Virus record (IMG/VR): IMGVR_UViG_3300032282_002104
Span: 1-62,860 of that record
Direction: 5' to 3' (one strand)
Length of the DNA stretch: 62,860 bases
Source of the DNA: a virus
Taxonomy: Duplodnaviria; Caudoviricetes
Below the pieces are notes generated by a model. The model did no database searches. It saw only the letters and a program-made list of their open reading frames with translations, and was not told the origin of the DNA. The position numbers and the translations under genes are program-made. Shown here in pieces: positions 17,430 through 24,737 of this stretch (position 1 is the first letter of the stretch; every line of letters begins with the position of its first letter).

Positions 17430-19562
17430 TCAAACTTTTAGTTTGGTCCAGATGTCTAATATATCATTACCCTGTGGTTTTGGTGCAGCAACGGTTTCTG
17501 GCTTTGCTTCTGCCACTTTAGGCTGTGCTATATGTTCTGGCATGCTTAAGAAACGTTCAAACACTTCTAAATCTTTAGCATATGATTCAGATATTTTTCT
17601 CTTTTTAATCATTTGTTTTTTCATTTCTTCTCTGATTCCCTTATCAGCAGCCCGCTTAATGGCAAGTTTATCTGAAGCAGTTTGTTGGAAAGCTGGTTTA
17701 GCTTTGGCTGCATCTGCTGCGGCTTTAATAGCGGCATCAGTATTTGCTGTTGCTTGATTAGCTTGTGCAGTTGTTTGCATTTGCTGTATAGCTTGTTGTT
17801 GTTGGGCTTGTGCTGCTTGACGAGTTGCTTGTGTTTGCTGTCTTACCTGATTTAAATCAGCTTCAGTACCTTGTGGTTGTTGAGCGGCTGGTGGTTGCTG
17901 TTGCGCTGTTGTTGGTGCAGGTTCGTCATCGGCATCGTCTGCTACAGGCAATTTTAAAAGTTCATCTTTAACAGCTTGTTGATTTTGCGGAGTCATTTTA
18001 TCAAATTCTGCTTTTAAATCATAAACAGTCTTTTGTTCAGCAGGTGTTGCTGCCTGAGCAGGTTGTGCTGCAGGTGTTGCTGCCTGAGCAGGTTGTGCTG
18101 CAGGTGTTGCTGCCTGAGCAGGTTGTGCTGCAGGTGTTGCTGCTTGTGCTGCCTGATCAGATGTAGTTGCTGTTGCAGCAGTTGCAGGTTTTGCAGTTAC
18201 AGCAGTAGGTTTTACGGGCGTTGTGCCAGATGCTTTAGCTGCATCTGTGCTACCTGAACCAATTACCTTTTCACCACCACGCATGATTGCAGGGCTAGGA
18301 CTAGTTGTAGCTGGTGCTGCGGCTGGTGCAGGTATTGCTGGTAATGCAGCAGATGGTATACCTACTTTTTCAGTAGCTTGTTTTATAACTTCAGGATTTA
18401 TTTTAAAATCTGTTTGTAAGAGTTGCATAATTTTATTGCTATCAGTAGGGCTACCTGCATTTTTCCAGGCAGTCATAAGTTTGTCAGCAGTAACTTTGGT
18501 TGTTAAATTTTTACCTACAGTAGCAAGTTTATTAGCAGCGGCACCTGCTGCCCCTTTTACTTTGTCCCACATACCGGCTTCTGTCACTATGGTAGTAAAC
18601 AGAAGTTTTACACCAGATTCAGTTAGATGTATACCACCTTTAGGTTTACCTAGACTTTCATTTAAAGCCCAGGCCATTATGGTTGTATCACGGTCAATAT
18701 GCTCTCTGGTTAATTGAACCTGACCGACCATAACAGCTTTATCAATTAGAGCCTCTGGACCAAGCGGAAGTCGGCCGCTTAGACCAAGTTGGTCTACAGC
18801 AGATTGTGCTGCATATCTTAAGCTCATAGAATCAGTTTTGCCTGAAGCAATAGTATCCCGAACTGCTTTTAGTGCAGTCTGATAAACTTCTTCCCTAGGT
18901 GTTAATGAATCCAAAGGAATGTTGTTGGGTAAACCTGATGCCATTTTAGCATCAATAGGATTTGGTTGTCCTTTAACTAAATCACCTAGCTTACTTGCAC
19001 CATAAGCCATTGCACCTGTAGCTGCACCTTTACCTACGGCTGTACTAAACTTTTCACCTTGTAATAGTTTGTCTACCATTTTAAACAAACCTAATGCTAC
19101 TGCCCCACCTGCACCTGCACCAGTAATACCAGCAGCAGCAATCAGAGCAGAATAAATTAAACTTTGTGCTATGGGATGAGCTTTAGCAAAATCACGATAC
19201 TTTTGTACATACTTCATTACACCATCATCACCGCCTGTGGCTTGTTTAAGTTTTTCAGCAGCCTGATCATATAATGCATCTACATTTTTAACTGGACCTG
19301 AATTTTGTACTTTACTAACTAAATCGTCATAGGCTTTTTTTACTGCACCAGCAGCATCCATGCCTTTGCCTAGTAGGGTGCGATTGCTACCACTGGCTGT
19401 TCCAGTTGTTTCTATTTCTTGAAATAATTTTTGAATCTGATCAGCAGTAAGTTGTGCTTCTGCTAATTTACGACCAGCACTTTCCCAGAGCTGGACACTT
19501 TTAATTTCGGATTTGTTTAACCCTTCGTACAAGTAAAATGTTTTAAATTCGTTAATGAGCAT
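17430..19562 (-). CDS. Ala/Gln-rich 710-aa protein, probable internal head (ejection) protein
   Basis: Adjacent to portal, hydrophobic Gly/Ala segments, many LxE sites, low-complexity repeats. Confidence 0.55.
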   Translation of the reverse strand: MLINEFKTFYLYEGLNKSEIKSVQLWESAGRKLAEAQLTADQIQKLFQEIETTGTASGSNRTLLGKGMDAAGAVKKAYDDLVSKVQNSGPVKNVDALYDQAAEKLKQATGGDDGVMKYVQKYRDFAKAHPIAQSLIYSALIAAAGITGAGAGGAVALGLFKMVDKLLQGEKFSTAVGKGAATGAMAYGASKLGDLVKGQPNPIDAKMASGLPNNIPLDSLTPREEVYQTALKAVRDTIASGKTDSMSLRYAAQSAVDQLGLSGRLPLGPEALIDKAVMVGQVQLTREHIDRDTTIMAWALNESLGKPKGGIHLTESGVKLLFTTIVTEAGMWDKVKGAAGAAANKLATVGKNLTTKVTADKLMTAWKNAGSPTDSNKIMQLLQTDFKINPEVIKQATEKVGIPSAALPAIPAPAAAPATTSPSPAIMRGGEKVIGSGSTDAAKASGTTPVKPTAVTAKPATAATATTSDQAAQAATPAAQPAQAATPAAQPAQAATPAAQPAQAATPAEQKTVYDLKAEFDKMTPQNQQAVKDELLKLPVADDADDEPAPTTAQQQPPAAQQPQGTEADLNQVRQQTQATRQAAQAQQQQAIQQMQTTAQANQATANTDAAIKAAADAAKAKPAFQQTASDKLAIKRAADKGIREEMKKQMIKKRKISESYAKDLEVFERFLSMPEHIAQPKVAEAKPETVAAPKPQGNDILDIWTKLKV
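18040..18143 (-). repeat. Perfect 30-bp tandem repeat x3.5 (AQPAQAATPA)
   Basis: gcaggtgttgctgcctgagcaggttgtgct at 18040, 18070 and 18100 plus a partial copy. Confidence 0.95.
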
Positions 19563-19564
19563 AA

Positions 19565-20122
19565 TTATATTCCGAGAGCTTTTCGTAATGACTTTTTATC
19601 GGCTGGTTTTAATTTTTTAAAAAAGTTTATCCAGGTTGCAACATCCATGGTTGTTGGTACAGGATTTGCTTGTTGTGGACTAGACTGCGCTGTTTTGTCT
19701 GGTTCTGCACTAGTATTTTGCTTTGTATCTGCTGACGATTGTGTTATAGGTAAACCTGCATTATATGCGCCAACTTCTGCTCTAATAAATTTTAATACGC
19801 TATTATTTCCTAAATCCGCTGGAATTTTGGTTCTGACACCACCAAATCGTTGGGTTATCCAGGCTTCTAAATTTTTAGGTTCTATAGGTTGTCCAGATGC
19901 TTTTAATCCTGCCATAACCTTTGCCCAGTCCTGGAACATACGGTCAGCAGTCATATTAGTTGCTTGTTTAGCTTGGATTTCACTTTTTGCTGCGCCATAA
20001 CCAGATGCAAATCCTTTGAAAAGGTTAGCTCCACCTAAGCCAGATGCAGCTCCTGATACCCCAGCACCAACTTTTTTGACAAAGTCTATGGGTCCTTCAT
20101 TTAAAATATCTTTAGATTTCAT
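19565..20122 (-). CDS. Hypothetical protein (185 aa), probable internal head protein
   Basis: N-terminus MKSKDILNE-GP, Gly/Ala amphipathic segment, late promoter at 20143-20149. Confidence 0.6.
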   Translation of the reverse strand: MKSKDILNEGPIDFVKKVGAGVSGAASGLGGANLFKGFASGYGAAKSEIQAKQATNMTADRMFQDWAKVMAGLKASGQPIEPKNLEAWITQRFGGVRTKIPADLGNNSVLKFIRAEVGAYNAGLPITQSSADTKQNTSAEPDKTAQSSPQQANPVPTTMDVATWINFFKKLKPADKKSLRKALGI

Positions 20123-20145
20123 AATTTGTCCGGATTATCTAATAT

Positions 20146-22512
20146 TTATGACATACTTTGTAGAATATCATTATTGACCGCAACACCATCTTTTAAGGTT
20201 TTAACCATGTCATCAAACTTTTCATGTCCAGCACTGGTTTTTGCTATGAGATCTTTAAGTAATCCCACTAATTCTGAATTATCGTTAGTAATAGTCGCTG
20301 GTGCTTGGGTAATGTTTACAGGTATTGTTTTGTTATCTGGCAATGGTACAACTGCTTCCATGCCATGTAATTTTTCCATGTACCCTGATTCTGGACCTGA
20401 AGCTATACCACCATTTGCTTTGCCGCTCATTAGTCCAATACCGCCACCAATTGCAGCACCAATAGCACCACCTATTGCTATACCAATAGGTCCACCAAGG
20501 GCACCGATTGCTGCGCCAGTCCCTGCACCCGACAATGCTCCTGATGCCCCACCCATCCAATTTAGGCCGGATTCTTCACCACTTGATTCTTTTATTGTTT
20601 TGTCCAAAGACTTTAGTATTTTTTCTGAATATTCAGCAAACTTTGTTATGGCTCCAGTAAGTTTTTCCTGTATTGCTACTCTGAGTTCATCTGCTGCTTT
20701 GGCACTACCTTGTACACTATTTGTTAATGCATCCTGAGTATTTTTCTGACCTTCTGTGGCGGCCTTAGCTGCTGCTACACTTTCTGTAGTAAATTTCTGA
20801 AAGTTTTGCATGGCGTCTAAACCAGCATTGGCTACTTCCGTAAATGAACCGTTAGCAGCCTGGGCCATGCCTATGGCTGTTAGATTCTTTCTATCTTCCA
20901 GAGCTAGCTGACTATTTTCTGCTTGTATATCAGATGCTTTTTCTACAGTCAATGCTCCTTCATTAGCAGCATCATTAAACTGTTGCATACTGTTGGCATA
21001 ACCACGGTTGCTGGCCATCATGATTGCACCAGTTTCATTTACTACAGTACCAAACAGTTGCATTTCCATAAAATCTTTTTTCTGCTGAGCTGTCATGGTC
21101 ATCATAGATCTTTCTAATTCAGCAGCCACTGTTGGATCCATTTCAGCAAGTTTATTCTGAAACGCTATCTGGTTAGCAGCAGCTTTGGCAGCAGCCATTT
21201 TAGACTTAGCATCTTCACCTGTAATTGCACTAAGTGTTCTAAGATCCTGTGCATACTGGGCTGTGGCTGAAGCAATTTGTTGATCCGTCATGCCCCTTGC
21301 AGTACCTCTGCGATTTAAATCTGCCATGGTTTCAGCAATTAACCCGGCTTGTTCTTCTAAACTATACCCCAGATTACGAAGTTCCATCTGGACACTTTGA
21401 CCACTTGCACCTACAGTTTCCGAAAAACTTTTTGCTACTCCGCCCATTCTCTTGGTAGCTTCTGTTACACCTATACCAGCAGCACCTAACTCAGCAGATC
21501 TTTCTGAAACTACTTTACTAAAACTATCCACAGTAAGTCCAGCATTACCAGCAGCATTACGCATGCCTGTCATACCATCAGCAAACAAAGCACCTGATTT
21601 GCTCATGGTATTAAATGCTGTTATAGTTTTTTCTAATTCTTTTTGTACTACTTCGAGACCAAATTTGGCCATTTTACTAGCAGATTCACCAATTCCTGCT
21701 ATTGCTGGACCTGCAACACTAGCTATTACTCCCAATGTTTTAACATAAGGATTAGTACTAGAAGCTAGGGCACCCCCCAATCCTCCTACAGCAGCACCAG
21801 CTGTTTTGGCTGCATCACCTGCAGCATCTATACCAGCACCCATGATGCCTGCTGCTACATCTATACCACTTGCACCACCCTGTAAACTTTTTACAGCACC
21901 ACCGGCTGCTGATGCTAATCCTCTAAATGCTATACCTGCTACATTTTTTGCAAATTCTATATTAGCTTGTTTATAAAGATTGGTTGCTAATTTTACTTCG
22001 GCGTTATGAAGTTGTTGTATTGCGCCTGACTTTTTATTTTCAGCAGCAACCGATTTAAGAGCATTTAATTGTTCGTCTATAACCGCTAATTCTTCAGCTG
22101 AAGCAGTAGCTCTACTTGCTTCTAAATCTTCAATGGCGTCTTCATATTGTTTTAGTTCTGATCTGATACTATTAACACCAGAACTAAAATCATCTATCTT
22201 AATTTTTCCAGATTTAAATCTATCTGTAAGTCTGTCTAAATTAAAGGAACTTTCAGATAAATTTTTATTATATTTTTTAGAAAATTGTTCTAGCTCTTGC
22301 TTTAAATACTTTGCTTTTTCTTTAGCATCATCCAACCCATCGCCAAAAGAATTAATTTTTTTACGAGTATCCGTGTAGCCATCTTTGGCACCAGCTAATC
22401 CTTTTCCTAGATCGTCAAAGTTTCTTTCCAGAGTTTTACCAAAACGGTCCATAGTACTCGATAACTTTTCAGTCATAGAGGTTAGGATATTATTCAGTTC
22501 TTCATCAGTCAT
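20146..22512 (-). CDS. Tape-measure-like protein (788 aa)
   Basis: Long helical Ala/Gly-rich protein with glycine-zipper segments and a C-terminal GGI.SGP.SGY...LHG.EAVVPLP motif. Confidence 0.7.
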   Translation of the reverse strand: MTDEELNNILTSMTEKLSSTMDRFGKTLERNFDDLGKGLAGAKDGYTDTRKKINSFGDGLDDAKEKAKYLKQELEQFSKKYNKNLSESSFNLDRLTDRFKSGKIKIDDFSSGVNSIRSELKQYEDAIEDLEASRATASAEELAVIDEQLNALKSVAAENKKSGAIQQLHNAEVKLATNLYKQANIEFAKNVAGIAFRGLASAAGGAVKSLQGGASGIDVAAGIMGAGIDAAGDAAKTAGAAVGGLGGALASSTNPYVKTLGVIASVAGPAIAGIGESASKMAKFGLEVVQKELEKTITAFNTMSKSGALFADGMTGMRNAAGNAGLTVDSFSKVVSERSAELGAAGIGVTEATKRMGGVAKSFSETVGASGQSVQMELRNLGYSLEEQAGLIAETMADLNRRGTARGMTDQQIASATAQYAQDLRTLSAITGEDAKSKMAAAKAAANQIAFQNKLAEMDPTVAAELERSMMTMTAQQKKDFMEMQLFGTVVNETGAIMMASNRGYANSMQQFNDAANEGALTVEKASDIQAENSQLALEDRKNLTAIGMAQAANGSFTEVANAGLDAMQNFQKFTTESVAAAKAATEGQKNTQDALTNSVQGSAKAADELRVAIQEKLTGAITKFAEYSEKILKSLDKTIKESSGEESGLNWMGGASGALSGAGTGAAIGALGGPIGIAIGGAIGAAIGGGIGLMSGKANGGIASGPESGYMEKLHGMEAVVPLPDNKTIPVNITQAPATITNDNSELVGLLKDLIAKTSAGHEKFDDMVKTLKDGVAVNNDILQSMS

Positions 22513-22525
22513 GGGTTTGCCAGGG

Positions 22526-22543
22526 TAAATATAGTTATATTTA
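22526..22543. promoter_or_regulatory. Face-to-face late promoters for tape measure (-) and gp26-like (+)
   Basis: taaata at 22526-22531 and tattta at 22538-22543 in a 43-bp spacer. Confidence 0.6.
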
Positions 22544-22555
22544 TGGTGATCAAAA

Positions 22556-23404
22556 ATGCAAAATAACAGCTCAAATCCTTTGGCGAAACATTTTCGTCAG
22601 CCCGCTCTGTACATTAAACTACCTAGTTCTGGTAGATTTTGGCCTGATGGGGCTATTGAAATACCTATGAATGGAGAGATTCCAGTCTATCCCATGACTG
22701 CCAAAGACGAGATTATGATCCGTACCCCAGATGCCTTGCTTAACGGTGCTGGAACTGTTTCAGTAATTCAGAGTTGCTGCCCTAGCATTAAAGATGCCTG
22801 GAATATGCCTAGCATAGATCTAGATACTGTGCTAATTGCTATTAGAATAGCAAGTTATGGACCAACCATGGATGTTAGCACCAAATGTCCAAAATGCGAT
22901 CATTCCAACGAAGTTAGCATACCATTGCAAAACTGTTTGGATACTATTCGTATGCCTGACTTTGACACTGGTATTATGGTAGACGAGCTAAAGTTTAAAT
23001 TGAAGCCACAAAGTTATTTTAGTAATAACAAAACGGCACAAATTAACTTTGAACAGCAACAATCAATCAGAGCCATAAGTGACCCAGACATTCCTAATGA
23101 TCAAAGACAGGCAGTATTTAATGAACATCTGGAAAAGTTAGTTACATTAAACATTAATAGTTTTACAGAAACAACCCAGAGCATTACTATGTCAGATGGT
23201 ACCAGGGTTGATGATCCTGAGTATATCAGAGAGTTTTATAATAATGCTGACAATCGTGTGTTTAAAGCACTACAAGCATATATTACTGAACTAGGACAAG
23301 ACTTACAAATTAAGCCATTTAAACTACAATGCGAGGAATGTGAACATGAATTTGATTTCACGCTAACATTTGATTGGGCAAATTTTTTCGACAACGGCTT
23401 TTGA
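22556..23404 (+). CDS. gp26: Baseplate hub assembly protein (T4 gp26-like) with two CxxC pairs
   Basis: LPS.G..., PMTAKDE, DLDTVLIAIRIASYG, CPKC and CEEC motifs, ends ANFF. Confidence 0.75.
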   Translation: MQNNSSNPLAKHFRQPALYIKLPSSGRFWPDGAIEIPMNGEIPVYPMTAKDEIMIRTPDALLNGAGTVSVIQSCCPSIKDAWNMPSIDLDTVLIAIRIASYGPTMDVSTKCPKCDHSNEVSIPLQNCLDTIRMPDFDTGIMVDELKFKLKPQSYFSNNKTAQINFEQQQSIRAISDPDIPNDQRQAVFNEHLEKLVTLNINSFTETTQSITMSDGTRVDDPEYIREFYNNADNRVFKALQAYITELGQDLQIKPFKLQCEECEHEFDFTLTFDWANFFDNGF

Positions 23405-23619
23405 TTTTAGATCGTGAAGGTGTAATGAACCTCTTAGACACCTACGATAAAGAAACAAAAGCCATAAAAAACGAAATATTAAAAATGTGTTGGTATATGC
23501 GGGGTGGGATTACCTACGACCAAGGCATGGATCTAAGCATGACTGAAAGAACCATGATAGGTAAAATCATCGAAGATAACATGGAAACAACTAAGAAGAG
23601 CGGGTTGCCATTCTTCTAA
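23374..23619 (+). CDS. gp51-like small baseplate/tail assembly protein (frameshift extension, or independent start at 23425)
   Basis: CWYMRGGITY...LS..ER motif; overlaps the gp26-like end in the -1 frame. Confidence 0.65.
   Translation: MGKFFRQRLLILDREGVMNLLDTYDKETKAIKNEILKMCWYMRGGITYDQGMDLSMTERTMIGKIIEDNMETTKKSGLPFF
23380..23389 (+). other. Candidate -1 ribosomal frameshift site (A AAT TTT TTC)
   Basis: Two overlapping in-frame X XXY YYZ heptamers; the -1 frame is the open downstream ORF. Confidence 0.55.
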
Positions 23620-24020
23620 TACTACTAGGTATGCTTCGCATACCTGCTTCATCGCTTACGCTCGAAGCATTTTGTTTTTGTTTCTAATTGATATCATCCA
23701 GATCTTGCAGTCATATTTCGCCTGAAACCAGGCGAAAATTGAAGACATCATCCGAGTCGTACAATCATCTATTCACAAGAGATTCATGTTTCCATGACGG
23801 AGGCGGTTGACCGGTACCCCCCTACTCTAGCTTCGCATATCAACGGAACCCTAGTTACCCGGAATAGACCCAAGTCCTATAAGCAGCGGTTGTATCTGTT
23901 TCACAGAGCCGCAATCATTTATACTCTAAAGTTAAGTTTAACTTGCAGCGACCAAGATTTTCCGAACTGGGTCTTGCACCAGTCCTCAATGGTGGTCGAG
24001 CTACCCCGACCAAACAATGC
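23620..24020 (-). ncRNA. Candidate large structured non-coding RNA (or replication-origin element)
   Basis: Only long non-coding gap in the window; visibly GC-richer; many hairpins, GNRA loops and long-range complementary segments. Family not recognised. Confidence 0.5.
23645..23684 (+). terminator. Probable intrinsic terminator of the gp26/gp51-like unit
   Basis: tgcttc...gaagca stem followed by ttttgtttttgtttc. Confidence 0.55.
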
Positions 24021-24022
24021 TG

Positions 24023-24526
24023 CTATGTAACTACTGTAAAAAAGGATTCTGTGGGTAAATCTAGAAATGTGCCAAGTTTATATGTGAAATACTGTTTATA
24101 ATTGATAGTTGATGTGATGCCTATGATAGGTTCTGCTAACAATACAAATTCACTTACATTATTGTATTTGATTATCAGTGCCATTTTTTTGCCTGAGGTA
24201 TTTGAGTCTTGCTGTGCCTGTTCGAGCCAATCGTCCCATTGTTTTACTTCTTGCGCTAAAATACTTTGTAAACTTGGCGCAGTTTTGTAATGCTTGCACT
24301 CGATGCTGTAAACGAAATTTCTGGGACAGATTAAATCACCAAAGATAGCATAATCTAAACTATGAGTCTGACTACGCTGCACATTCGAACCGCCAAAGTA
24401 GCTACCACTATCAGGATTTCTTCTGAAACCAGACTCAATGCCTAGGTATTCAGCGAACCTTTCACTTAATAGCTTGGCTACTTTGCGTTCAAATGTATTA
24501 CCTTTGTTCTTACCGTTTACAGCCAT
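24023..24526 (-). CDS. PD-(D/E)XK nuclease, Holliday-junction-resolvase-like
   Basis: KNKGNTFERKVA, GDLI.P, SIECKHY and W..Q motifs. Confidence 0.75.
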   Translation of the reverse strand: MAVNGKNKGNTFERKVAKLLSERFAEYLGIESGFRRNPDSGSYFGGSNVQRSQTHSLDYAIFGDLICPRNFVYSIECKHYKTAPSLQSILAQEVKQWDDWLEQAQQDSNTSGKKMALIIKYNNVSEFVLLAEPIIGITSTINYKQYFTYKLGTFLDLPTESFFTVVT

Positions 24527-24540
24527 ACAAGTAGTTATGC

Positions 24541-24726
24541 TTACTTAGCCGTCATGGCGTTTTTCTTGTCCTGAATCTCTGATCTGCGCAATTTAATAGC
24601 TTTGCTTAGATCACCCAATGCCTTACGAGCACGGCTACTAGCAGCCTTAACGCCCTTGACTTCAAACTTTTCATGCTCTGCTTTGTAAGTTTCTACTAGT
24701 TCTAAGATGGTATCATGTGTTGACAT
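24541..24726 (-). CDS. Histone H1-like (Hc1-type) small basic protein
   Basis: KG.KAASSRARKAL..L.K motif; AGGAG SD. Confidence 0.65.
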   Translation of the reverse strand: MSTHDTILELVETYKAEHEKFEVKGVKAASSRARKALGDLSKAIKLRRSEIQDKKNAMTAK

Positions 24727-24737
24727 TAATGTCTCCT

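Noticed and set aside
290-18143. Tandem repeats considered as CRISPR arrays or DGR template/variable repeats
   Set aside because: All are in-frame coding repeats without unique spacers. No cas or reverse transcriptase gene, and no adenine-specific mismatch pattern.
14607-22378. Long antisense ORFs such as 14636..15220, 18223..18717, 20126..20737 and the Cys-rich 18033..18257
   Set aside because: They lie opposite well-supported genes and lack SDs. The Cys-rich repeat is just the 30-bp repeat read on the other strand.
23985-24015. Minus-strand ...CGACCACCA resembling a tRNA/tmRNA 3' end, and GAGGA resembling the RNase P 5' motif
   Set aside because: No T-arm (GTTCRA) or cloverleaf, and no RNase P P4 consensus could be completed by eye. 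Left to a covariance-model search.
23794-24030. 78-aa plus-strand ORF in the structured gap
   Set aside because: No SD or late promoter, lies beyond a probable + strand terminator, atypical composition, overlaps the convergent gene's end.
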